Origin: a virus
Direction: 5' to 3' (one strand)
Length of the DNA: 64,000 nt
IMG/VR virus record: IMGVR_UViG_3300009078_000075
Coordinates: 1 to 64,000 of that record
The position numbers and the translations under genes are program-made. The notes below the pieces were generated by a model. The model saw only the letters and a list, made by a program, of their open reading frames with translations, did not search any database and was not told the origin of the DNA. Numbering within the stretch: the first letter of the stretch is position 1; every line of letters starts with the position of its first letter. Of this stretch, positions 10,189 through 19,404 are shown one piece after another.

Positions 10189-11124
10189 TTAAAAAAATCC
10201 AAATTTTTTAGGTTTTCTTACAAAAACCGAAGGATTTTGTGTAAGATATTCAGATATTTTTCTAAAATAGAAAAAATTTATTCGTCTTCTATACATATAA
10301 TGATTAGCTAAACCGGCCTCTTTTATAATTTCTATTTTTTTATTTGGAACTATCCATCTTTCATTTTCTTTTTTTATATGATTTGAAGGGACATTTATAT
10401 ATTCTGATATCCCCATTCTTGTATATTTTTTTGGAAAAAATGTATCAAAATATTCATCAATTTCTTTTTTTAATAATGAGTCCTTTGGAAGAAGATGGTA
10501 ATAAAAAAATCGATCAGAACTATTTATTTTTTTTGAATTTTCTTCCATATAAGCCATATGCACAATTCTATTATTAAGAAAATCCCATTTATTTTCTTTT
10601 TTTGTTGCTATCATAATATCTCCAAATCCAGCAACTAATATTGGTCGTACTGAATCAACTGATTCCCAGGGATAAGCAAACATTAAACTAATTGTTGTTA
10701 TTCCAAATCCGTGTACCTTTACTTTCGGATATCCCTTTTCATTACATATAATATCAAAACATTTTATTAACCAATTATGTACTGATTCAGTATCTGTTTT
10801 TGTCATTTTTGCCATTCCACCAAGTGCTATATATTCATATTTTTCAACATATAATTTTAATATTGAAAAATCTTCTCCATAATGAAAACAAGGGAGAACT
10901 TTTATATTTAAATTTGCATTATTTATTATTTCTTGATTTATTTGTGTTTGTTTTTGTGTTTCTTCCGTTCCACCGATAACATCTAAATTAGCAGCCATTA
11001 ATATTTCTTTTTCATTTTCTTTTAAAAAAGAAATATATTCATTTATATCAATTTTTTCTCCCTGTGTAAATGCAGTAAAGGCCCCTGAATCAACAAAAAT
11101 ATTTAATTTACTTTTAGCATTCAC
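10189..11124 (-). CDS. dpdA: DpdA-like / TGT-fold DNA 7-deazaguanine transglycosylase
   Basis: FVDSGAFT, NLDVIG, FHYGED, IALGGM, KVHGFG and YPWESVDS TGT-family motifs; que genes present in the same window. Confidence 0.75.
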   Translation of the reverse strand: MNAKSKLNIFVDSGAFTAFTQGEKIDINEYISFLKENEKEILMAANLDVIGGTEETQKQTQINQEIINNANLNIKVLPCFHYGEDFSILKLYVEKYEYIALGGMAKMTKTDTESVHNWLIKCFDIICNEKGYPKVKVHGFGITTISLMFAYPWESVDSVRPILVAGFGDIMIATKKENKWDFLNNRIVHMAYMEENSKKINSSDRFFYYHLLPKDSLLKKEIDEYFDTFFPKKYTRMGISEYINVPSNHIKKENERWIVPNKKIEIIKEAGLANHYMYRRRINFFYFRKISEYLTQNPSVFVRKPKKFGFF

Positions 11125-12247
11125 AATTATTTCCTATCTTTAATACTGCCCCACAAAACGGACAACATTTAATTTCATTTTCTATAAGTAATATATTTAT
11201 TTCCTTTTCAAAGGAGATTTTTTGTTTTGTTATCTCATCTTTTTGTATTAATAATCGTTTAATTTTTCCAGATAATGTTTCAATTTGTTCTAATTCTTTT
11301 ATTTTTTGCTTAATTTCAATAATCTTTTGTTCAATATTATTATGTATTTCATTTAATTTTTTTATTTCTAAATTATATTTTAATATCTGTTTATATTTTT
11401 TCTTTTCAAGTGACAAAATATATATTTTATTACTAAGTACTTGAATTAAGTTTATTCGTTTCTCTATTTGTTCTTTTTTGAATAAAATATTATTAATCGA
11501 TTCAATTGATGACAAACAATTTTCAATTTCATTTTTTTGTATTAAAATTTTTGAAAGATTTCTTTTTTTACTTTTTAACTCGGATATCCTTGCCATTAAA
11601 TTTATTAATGAGGTCATCCATGCTTTTATATATTCAATTCGATCATATATTTCTTTAACCTGCAAATGTTCTTTTTGTATATTTTCTAAATATGAATATT
11701 GCTCGAGTTTTATAGTTTCAAGTTCCAGTTGTTTTTTCCATGCTTTTAATGATGAAATAACATCCCTTTTATCCCGTTCAACTTCACTATAAAAAATATC
11801 AATATCTTCAAGATCAATTAATTTATTAATAAATCTTGATATTTCCGGGGGACTGTATGAAAGAAGAAAGGGCATTTGATATTGTGTTTGAAAATTCAAT
11901 TCCGAAATATTTAATATTTTTTGTACAGCATCTGGTACATTTTGACCAAATCCTTTTAATTCTTGACTATTAAGAACATACATGTTTTTTGTTTTTGATC
12001 GAATCCTTTCAATTATATTTCCTTCATATGTTTCAATTTTTACTTTAACTTCATCCGTGTCCTTACACCAATTTGATAATAAATCATCAACATTATTTGG
12101 ATCATTATTCATTACAAATCCAAACGCCCTGAAAATTGCAGATTTTCCACTATCAGAAGGCCCGGTAATGGCATTCGTGGATTTACAAAAATTTAAAATT
12201 GTATGGTCATGTGATTGTAAATTAGTTATTTCAATTGACTTAATCAT
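11114..12247 (-). CDS. SbcC/Rad50-like ATPase, N-terminal half
   Basis: IEITNLQSH, Walker A GPSDSGKS, coiled coil, ends at zinc hook CPFCG. Confidence 0.8.
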   Translation of the reverse strand: MIKSIEITNLQSHDHTILNFCKSTNAITGPSDSGKSAIFRAFGFVMNNDPNNVDDLLSNWCKDTDEVKVKIETYEGNIIERIRSKTKNMYVLNSQELKGFGQNVPDAVQKILNISELNFQTQYQMPFLLSYSPPEISRFINKLIDLEDIDIFYSEVERDKRDVISSLKAWKKQLELETIKLEQYSYLENIQKEHLQVKEIYDRIEYIKAWMTSLINLMARISELKSKKRNLSKILIQKNEIENCLSSIESINNILFKKEQIEKRINLIQVLSNKIYILSLEKKKYKQILKYNLEIKKLNEIHNNIEQKIIEIKQKIKELEQIETLSGKIKRLLIQKDEITKQKISFEKEINILLIENEIKCCPFCGAVLKIGNNCEC

Positions 12248-12761
12248 GTATATTTTTCTCTATTAAGTGGGAATAGATATTAAAAAATTCTTGGGCATCC
12301 ATTGTTATAATGGGTTTTGTATTTTTTTTCTTTGAAAACAATAACCAGGTTGTTCCTTCTCGTTGATTTGTAATTGCTTGCTTTATTGCATCATATAAAT
12401 TTAATTTTTCTTGTGCTTTACATTCAATTGAAAAGGGAAATATCTCTTTTGCTTTACCAATTAATTTTACATCAACACCACTTTGTCCCATTTCCCGGGA
12501 TTCAATTAATTGATCTTTTCCACATGGAATCCCTGTTATTTCACTTACTTTATTAGCTACCCATTTTTGTAATTCACGTGCCTTTCCCTTTCTCGATGCA
12601 ATTTTAATTGGTGTTCTTTTTAAAATTTTTTCAATTTGTTTTTGAATACTTTTTATATGAAATATTCCAATTGTAAAAAAATGAGTTAATAATGGGTTAC
12701 CCCCATATATTTCTAAAATAAAAGTATCAGGTTTAGTCCCCTTTATTATTTTAATTTTCAT
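12240..12761 (-). CDS. Holliday junction resolvase (PD-(D/E)xK)
   Basis: SRKGKARELQKWV, GQSGVDV and FSIECKAQE motifs. Confidence 0.75.
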   Translation of the reverse strand: MKIKIIKGTKPDTFILEIYGGNPLLTHFFTIGIFHIKSIQKQIEKILKRTPIKIASRKGKARELQKWVANKVSEITGIPCGKDQLIESREMGQSGVDVKLIGKAKEIFPFSIECKAQEKLNLYDAIKQAITNQREGTTWLLFSKKKNTKPIITMDAQEFFNIYSHLIEKNIHD

Positions 12762-13848
12762 TTTTTTTAGGTCTTCCCGCCGTCTTTTTTTGAGAAGAAT
12801 TTTCTTCAATAATGGGCGGGGGAATTTGTTTATATATTTGTTTCATTAAATCAAGTTTTGAACATCTCCCGGTACTTTCAATTGAAGTGGCAAAATCAAG
12901 GGCTTCCCATTGTTCATCCACCTTGTTTTGTAATTCTTTATGAAATCCATTTTTTTCAATAAAAAAAGTTAAATCATCTGGAGAATTAAATATTTGATCA
13001 TTCCATTTAATCTCAGGTAATTTTTTCCCTGCTTTTAATTTACCAAATCCGTCTCTTAGATTATACAAAAAATTGACATTTGAAAATGTATTATCAATTC
13101 CATAATCAAATCGAATATCAAAGAAACATGTTCTAAATGGCTTTCCAATTTTATTTTTCTCAACGTATGCCTTTACCGCTATTCCATAAGCACGTTCATC
13201 TTTGGTTTCATATTTTTCTGCTTCTGATAACCAAACCACTTGGGAACTATAAAAATCAAGGGCTTTTCCGCCATATCTTTTATATTTTTTACCAAATGTT
13301 ACTCCAATATTATCCCTGATTTGAGAGATAAAAATGAGTAAACAATTTTTATCTTTAATCCTTTGTCTTTGTGTTCGGAAAAATTGGTTGAATAATTTAT
13401 TCTTTTTTAACATATAAGATCCCTCATCAAAATCTTTTCCCTTTGCAATTGCTGCTCTTCTTTTTTCAACCAATTCCATTTCTTCTTCTGATGAAAGAGC
13501 ATCAAAGGAATCTACTACATATATAAATAATTCATCATCTTCAATTTGATTTAAACATCGATCCAAATTATAATCAAGTTCCTCCATTGTACTTGATGGT
13601 TTCCTTTCATCTGAAAGAATCTGAAATCCATAAATTAATTCGGTATTAAATGAAAATCCCGCCTCTGCATCATCGTAAAACCATTTTACTTTGTCCCCGT
13701 AAACTGCCTTTGCTTGTGCTATTGTTTCACAAGCGATTAATGTTTTCCCCGTTGATTTATCCCCAATAAGATTTACTATTTTTCCTGCTGGAAAACCATT
13801 TCCAAGTGCTTTATCAAATAGAAAAGATCCCGTTGTAAAAAAATTCAT
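12751..13848 (-). CDS. recA: RecA/UvsX-like recombinase
   Basis: Walker A GDKSTGKT, VVDSFDAL, FISQIRDNIG, GGKALDFYSS, KNKIGKPFR. Confidence 0.9.
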   Translation of the reverse strand: MNFFTTGSFLFDKALGNGFPAGKIVNLIGDKSTGKTLIACETIAQAKAVYGDKVKWFYDDAEAGFSFNTELIYGFQILSDERKPSSTMEELDYNLDRCLNQIEDDELFIYVVDSFDALSSEEEMELVEKRRAAIAKGKDFDEGSYMLKKNKLFNQFFRTQRQRIKDKNCLLIFISQIRDNIGVTFGKKYKRYGGKALDFYSSQVVWLSEAEKYETKDERAYGIAVKAYVEKNKIGKPFRTCFFDIRFDYGIDNTFSNVNFLYNLRDGFGKLKAGKKLPEIKWNDQIFNSPDDLTFFIEKNGFHKELQNKVDEQWEALDFATSIESTGRCSKLDLMKQIYKQIPPPIIEENSSQKKTAGRPKKNEN

Positions 13849-13872
13849 ATATACTCCTTTATAAAAAATTGT

Positions 13873-14075
13873 GTAATTATTATTTAAGGGTGAATCTTGC
13901 CACTTCCATGTGTTTGGCCCATTTTATCCCCTTAGACGTTTATAGGGGGTGATACATTATATCACTTATTAGCTTTTTCCCGATTCACAGGGGGATCATT
14001 CCTAATCCATATTTTAAATATGATACGTCCGTATATGATCCCATTACTCAACCTACTTCCTTAAATAATAATTAC
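13873..14075 (-). ncRNA. Putative structured RNA (~200 nt) between ssb and recA
   Basis: Perfect 17-bp terminal inverted repeat (13873-13889 / 14059-14075) enclosing several nested stems. Confidence 0.55.
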
Positions 14076-15169
14076 TTATTTAATGCCTTTCTCGCAGCTT
14101 TTTTCATCTCAATTTGTTTATCAGAACACGCTTCCCATTTGGGACAGTTAATACATTCTGGTTTTGTATCACAATCTTTAGCAAAAATATGTTTATTAGG
14201 GCAATTATCGTCATCTGTATGATTAAGTTGTTGAATTGCCTCTTTTTCATTTTTTACTTCATCTATGATCCCCATTGTCCCTTCTTGTTTAAGAGGTGTT
14301 TCAATTGGACGCATAAATTGGTTTATAACAGATGGTAATGGAGGCTGTTCCCGTTGTTTATTTTGCTCAATTGATGTATCTGAGGTTTTTTCATTCTCTT
14401 CCTGTTCCCCTTCAACATCATAAAAAGCTGTTTTTACTTCATCATAAGTAGGAATATACAAAATCGAATCAAGAGGAATTGTCATTTCAAGGATTGAAGG
14501 ATCAAATGCCTGTGTTCTATCTTCAAGAGTAAAATTCTTATACTTAAAATAAGGGATTTCTCCCCACTTTTCAGCGGATGCTTTAAAAGAAATTGATTTG
14601 CCTTCCAAAAGATCAGCAAATAATGGTGCCATTGTAAGATTTTTCTTTATCTTGTAATCATTAACGGCATCAAGAAGTTCCTTTTCAAAATAAGCATAAC
14701 TCGCATAAAAAAGTTGAATCCCCTTATCAAGGTTTTTCAAATCAAGAACATTATGAAGCACTTTTCTGGAACAATTAAGCGCTGATACTTCGGGTTCCTT
14801 CCAATTTTTCTTTTCTTCCTTAATCAATCGTTGCCTTTCCTGACAAACAAAACAAGGTCGTCCAAATGTCTTTTCAAGACAAATATAATGATTATTAAGT
14901 AATCCAATTCCAGAATGAACATATACCTCAATAACGTAATCAATTTGCCCAGGTTTAAATTCCTGAGGATGATATTTACTTTTTATAATAAAAGGAAGAA
15001 CATCAAGAAAATTATACCCTTCAATTACATTATAGAAAGTTGGAGGTTTTTCAAATGAGGAAAAATCAAAAATACTTTTTCCCTTTTTCCCATATGTTTT
15101 TTTATCTTTATTATCTACATTTGTATTTGTTCTATTTCTTAAACCTTCTTGTTGCTGACGATAATCCAT
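14072..15169 (-). CDS. Single-stranded DNA-binding protein (gp32-like)
   Basis: H...YICLEKTFGRPCFVC zinc site, acidic linker, C-terminal Cys cluster; lies between UvsY-like and recA. Confidence 0.65.
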   Translation of the reverse strand: MDYRQQQEGLRNRTNTNVDNKDKKTYGKKGKSIFDFSSFEKPPTFYNVIEGYNFLDVLPFIIKSKYHPQEFKPGQIDYVIEVYVHSGIGLLNNHYICLEKTFGRPCFVCQERQRLIKEEKKNWKEPEVSALNCSRKVLHNVLDLKNLDKGIQLFYASYAYFEKELLDAVNDYKIKKNLTMAPLFADLLEGKSISFKASAEKWGEIPYFKYKNFTLEDRTQAFDPSILEMTIPLDSILYIPTYDEVKTAFYDVEGEQEENEKTSDTSIEQNKQREQPPLPSVINQFMRPIETPLKQEGTMGIIDEVKNEKEAIQQLNHTDDDNCPNKHIFAKDCDTKPECINCPKWEACSDKQIEMKKAARKALNK

Positions 15170-15198
15170 GATTTACCTCTCTTTTAAAAAATTAGAAT

Positions 15199-15699
15199 TT
15201 ACTTATTAAGTGCTTCCCTTTGTTGATCAACAATATCTTCCCTTGTTTTTTCTTTTTCTTTTTCACCCCTATTTCTTACAATGTTTCCTCTTTCTTTAAA
15301 ATTTTGTTTTAAATCTTTTGATGAGTTCCAATATTCATTAACCCACAAATCAGTTAGTTTTTCTAACATCTTTCTGTGTGTATATAATGCATCTAAAATT
15401 GATTTTAATTTATCTACATTTTTTTGAAATTGATTATATACAGAATCTTCTTCAACCGATGCCTTTACCTTTGATTCACTTATTTTTAAATCATTTTCTC
15501 TTAAATTTGAGCAAAATAATGATTTATACCCAGATTGTTCATATTTTACTTCTGATAATAGATCCCCATAATCAAGAACAAGTGTTGATAACATGGTCAT
15601 TTCTTGATGCAGAGCGTCTAAATCTAATGTCAAATTCGGTTTTGTTATTTCAATATATAAATACTTATATTGTGATATATCAATTTTTAATTCATCCAT
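15199..15699 (-). CDS. Putative UvsY-like recombination mediator
   Basis: Helical protein with KISESKVKASV...ALYTHRKMLEKL; context next to SSB/RecA. Confidence 0.5.
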   Translation of the reverse strand: MDELKIDISQYKYLYIEITKPNLTLDLDALHQEMTMLSTLVLDYGDLLSEVKYEQSGYKSLFCSNLRENDLKISESKVKASVEEDSVYNQFQKNVDKLKSILDALYTHRKMLEKLTDLWVNEYWNSSKDLKQNFKERGNIVRNRGEKEKEKTREDIVDQQREALNK

Positions 15700-16628
15700 T
15701 TTTGCTCATCTCCATTAAAATATTTAAAACATGATAACATCAATCCCGCTTTTCCTGTATAAAAAGCAGGGTCCTTAAAACAATAAATTCCAAATCCTGC
15801 CCTTATATCTGTATATGATTTTTCTATCATTTTTGAAAAATAACTGCATATTCCCCTTCTCATTTTTTCTACATTTTCACAGTCATTTATTACATTACAT
15901 ATAATGTCCCATTCCTTTTTTTTATACAAACATTGACACAATTGCCGAAAGACCCCTCCTGAAAGAACTGTTTTTTGAATTTCATCAAGGGCTTCTTCCT
16001 CTGATAACCCAATAACAGATTCTAAAATTGATATGGCATTTCTGTAAGCCCCTTCCGATGCTTTACATATTTCCCTTATTACATCATCGGAAATTTTAAT
16101 TTTTTCTTTTATACATATATCAGTTAATGCTTTTTTAATTCCAATATAGGGGGGATTTAATTTTTGAAGATGAAATACACTTGCCCTACTTATAATTCCA
16201 GCATTTATTTGTTCAATGTTTGTAGTACATAAAATAAAATAAACATGTTTGGGAGGTTCCTCAAAAACTTTTAAAAGTGATCCTTGAAAGGCACTGCTGG
16301 TTTCTTGAATTTCATCAATAATCCATACTCGAATTTTTCCGGAAGAAGGGGCAAGATCCAAATTTAATTTTAATTTATCCGCTGATCCTACTCCCCGATC
16401 TGTTCCAGCATCAATTTCGGTAAGGTCCCATTTTGAACAACCAAGTTCTTTTGCAAAAACTCGAGCAAATGTTGTTTTCCCTGTTCCATATGGTCCTGAA
16501 AATATAAAAAAATGTTTTGTAGAAGGATCATCCTTTTTTGAAACAATATATTTTAATTGTTTCTTAATCGAATCTTGTCCGATTATTTCATCAAAATCAT
16601 TTGGTCTATGTTTATTATATAATGACAT
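15687..16628 (-). CDS. dnaX: Clamp loader, DNA Pol III gamma/tau-like AAA+ ATPase
   Basis: LYNKHRPNDFDEIIGQ, GPYGTGKTT, IIDE, LLKVFEEPP, FILCTT. Confidence 0.88.
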   Translation of the reverse strand: MSLYNKHRPNDFDEIIGQDSIKKQLKYIVSKKDDPSTKHFFIFSGPYGTGKTTFARVFAKELGCSKWDLTEIDAGTDRGVGSADKLKLNLDLAPSSGKIRVWIIDEIQETSSAFQGSLLKVFEEPPKHVYFILCTTNIEQINAGIISRASVFHLQKLNPPYIGIKKALTDICIKEKIKISDDVIREICKASEGAYRNAISILESVIGLSEEEALDEIQKTVLSGGVFRQLCQCLYKKKEWDIICNVINDCENVEKMRRGICSYFSKMIEKSYTDIRAGFGIYCFKDPAFYTGKAGLMLSCFKYFNGDEQKWMN

Positions 16629-16681
16629 ATTCCTTCTTTTAAGGGTTTTTTAAAATTAAAAAACAAATATCAAAATTTATA

Positions 16682-16743
16682 AGGGCAAAGAGGAGGCTTG
16701 TCAGTTATGGGTTTCTTCATATTATTGGTTCCACCTTTGCCCT
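16682..16743 (-). ncRNA. Stem-enclosed dual-spacer unit 3 (TIGR-like)
   Basis: On the minus strand: AGGGCAAAG-gtgg-AACCA-ataatatga-AGAAACCCA-taactgaca-AGCC-tcct-CTTTGCCCT. TACATAATA motif upstream at 16749-16757. Confidence 0.7.
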
Positions 16744-16773
16744 GTTTATATTATGTAACGTCCATTAAAATTT

Positions 16774-17511
16774 TTACACCGAAATCCAATCATTAGATAC
16801 AAAGGGGGATAAAAGGGGTAAATCTTTTAGCGAGTAATATTCATTCCAAAAATGAACAAATCTTCCATCTGGTGGGATTATTTTACATTGATCGATCAGA
16901 TTTAAAAAACAACTATCTACACAATATATTTTACGTGCCCCTTGTAATAAAGAAATCCAATCAAAAATTTCCCATCTATTTGAAGGAAATTGTTTTATTT
17001 CAATTGTTTTTATAGCTTTATCAATTTTAAAATCAAAATGTCTTCCGTTACTTCCATTTTGATGAATCACTATATAAGGATCATTTTTTATATCAAAAAA
17101 ATTAAGTAAATCTTTTTCAATTTCCGGAATTCTATTTATTATTTTTAATAAAAGATATTTATGAAAATAAGGAATACAGGCTTTTTTATATTTCCAAACA
17201 TCAAATGATAAATTTGTCTTTTTCCATTCATCATTTAGATTTTGATTTCCAAAACCAATTGCAAGATCCAAAGTCCCATTAAAATTATTACCTATATTTT
17301 TTGACCTCTCATATGCTTCAATCCCACTTGTTAGAGGACCAATATCAATTACGTTTATTGGAAAATTGACATATAAAAACAAATTTTGATATTCATTGCA
17401 AATGGGCCATGTTATTTCATATCCGAGATCATAATAATACTTTGCAATTGGAAGAACCAATAGGATATCCCCTTTTCGCCCTGGTTGTATTATTAATAAT
17501 TCTTTTCTCAT
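16774..17511 (-). CDS. Putative glycosyltransferase (GT9/GT-B-like)
   Basis: GRKGDILLVLPIA N-terminal motif, YIVIHQ, IYCVDSCFLNL. Confidence 0.6.
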   Translation of the reverse strand: MRKELLIIQPGRKGDILLVLPIAKYYYDLGYEITWPICNEYQNLFLYVNFPINVIDIGPLTSGIEAYERSKNIGNNFNGTLDLAIGFGNQNLNDEWKKTNLSFDVWKYKKACIPYFHKYLLLKIINRIPEIEKDLLNFFDIKNDPYIVIHQNGSNGRHFDFKIDKAIKTIEIKQFPSNRWEIFDWISLLQGARKIYCVDSCFLNLIDQCKIIPPDGRFVHFWNEYYSLKDLPLLSPFVSNDWISV

Positions 17512-17750
17512 TTTTGTATCCAATAATGGTATATTCCTTTTACCCAACTAAAGGTAAAAAAAATTGAAGTTATGAATAAACCAAATCTGAACACCGGGAA
17601 AAAACATATATAAAAATATGAAACCTGCCCTGCAAATAACAACAAAAAACCCCATTTTATTATATTTTTATTTTTTGAAGCTACAAAAAAACTTCCCAAA
17701 ATTGAAGTAACAATCATCCAAATTTGTAAAATTTGCTCAAATATAAACAT
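17508..17750 (-). CDS. Small membrane protein
   Basis: Three hydrophobic segments, WGF...GQ...GIYHW. Confidence 0.55.
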   Translation of the reverse strand: MFIFEQILQIWMIVTSILGSFFVASKNKNIIKWGFLLLFAGQVSYFYICFFPVFRFGLFITSIFFTFSWVKGIYHYWIQK

Positions 17751-17754
17751 AATT

Positions 17755-19404
17755 TTACCTTTTATTTTGAATAAAAGAAATATATTTTTTTAACCTATCA
17801 ATTGATTCATTTCTTTTTTCTTTTTCTTCATCGGTATTATATAATGACATATCAGCTAAAACTTGCTCATGTGCCTTTCCTTTTCTTCTCAATTCATGGG
17901 TTTCATCTTTATCCGCTCTTCCCAATACAATTGCATGATGGTATGTATTAACATGTTCAAGATATTTATAACATTGCACTTGTTGACAAACATCGCTTAA
18001 ATATTGATCCATACATACCAATTTATATTGATCGGGCATATAAAATCCAAGGGCAGAATGAAGAACTTTATTAGTAAAAAATAACACTGCCATTTCTTTT
18101 TGAAAACTGTCATTGGTACGAATCATTAATGGCATTTCCTCATTTTTTAAAAATTCACATATTATCATTGAATCCCATCCACCTGTTTTAAATTCTACAT
18201 CATCCCCGTAAAATCCAACATAATTTGACCATGTATTTTCAGCATATAAATTATTCCATAATTCAGAGAGATTTACATCTGCTTTTATTTTTGCTTGTTC
18301 ATAATTAATAAAAATATTAGGATATGTTTTTTGTAATTCTTTAATTTTCTTTTTATTTTCTGTATCTGAATTTGAAATTAAAAATGAAATACCTACTCTT
18401 TCAGGATAAGAAGCAGTTTCATATACAGATTTTGTTAATCGATGAATATTAGTCGGACGTTTTCTTGATGGAACCAATAAAAGTATTTTTTCGGTATCAA
18501 TTTTTGTTTGTTTTCTATACCTTCTACTTGCTTGATAATGTTCAATTACAGGGACTTCATTTTTTAATGAATCAAAAATTTGACAATAACATTTTGGAAG
18601 ATGTTCAATATCAATTCTTCTTTTTTGAACACATTCTTTTAAAATATTTTGATCCCAAACATCTTTATTTATAAGACATTCATTTTTCCACATTTCTATT
18701 AATTTTAAACTTTCCAATGTATTTTTAAAATACAGGGTTCCGGATAAAAGATTTCCACTTTCTGAAAAATAAGCAGCAATATCCTTTTTTATATTTTCAA
18801 ACAATTCAGGGTATTTTTTTATAACTGCATCTGCATCAAGAAAAACAATAGGACGATTAAATAATAATAATGCCCTTTTAATCACCCAAGGTTTATAATG
18901 GGTATTTAACACCCAATTATTTTTATCTTTTAATTCTTCAATATAATAACTTAACCCGTATTTATTTATAGATGTTAAAAGATTTTGAAGTTCTTTTTTA
19001 TATTTATCATTTGTAAAATAGGAAACAATTATAAATTTTGTATTATCGGTTATATTTGAAATAATCGATTTTACTTCTTTATCTGTTTCTTCATTTATTG
19101 TATTGTCAATGATTAATTCTTTTATTACTTTTTTTGTTTCAATATTTTGTTTAAGTGATTTGGTTTCTTGTACAAATAATTCAGTTTTTTGTTTATATGA
19201 GGAAATATCCAATTTGAGGGATTTAACCTCCTGTTCATGAAAAGTTATTTTTTGTTTAAGTAATGATATCTCTTGTGTTTCTAATTCATTTTTCTTTAAT
19301 TTAATTTGTTTTAATAACTCCCTTTGTTGGGGCCAGGGGAGAGATTTTATATCAATATTTAATAACTGATCTAATGAAAAATTCAGAAAATTATAATTAT
19401 TCAT
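17755..19404 (-). CDS. Coiled coil plus two glycosyltransferase domains
   Basis: First domain KPWVIK...FLDADA...SGTLYF...WDQ..L...IEHYQASR (nucleotide-diphospho-sugar transferase). Second domain LLVPSRKRP...GDDVEF..GWD (GT2-like). Confidence 0.75.
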   Translation of the reverse strand: MNNYNFLNFSLDQLLNIDIKSLPWPQQRELLKQIKLKKNELETQEISLLKQKITFHEQEVKSLKLDISSYKQKTELFVQETKSLKQNIETKKVIKELIIDNTINEETDKEVKSIISNITDNTKFIIVSYFTNDKYKKELQNLLTSINKYGLSYYIEELKDKNNWVLNTHYKPWVIKRALLLFNRPIVFLDADAVIKKYPELFENIKKDIAAYFSESGNLLSGTLYFKNTLESLKLIEMWKNECLINKDVWDQNILKECVQKRRIDIEHLPKCYCQIFDSLKNEVPVIEHYQASRRYRKQTKIDTEKILLLVPSRKRPTNIHRLTKSVYETASYPERVGISFLISNSDTENKKKIKELQKTYPNIFINYEQAKIKADVNLSELWNNLYAENTWSNYVGFYGDDVEFKTGGWDSMIICEFLKNEEMPLMIRTNDSFQKEMAVLFFTNKVLHSALGFYMPDQYKLVCMDQYLSDVCQQVQCYKYLEHVNTYHHAIVLGRADKDETHELRRKGKAHEQVLADMSLYNTDEEKEKRNESIDRLKKYISFIQNKR

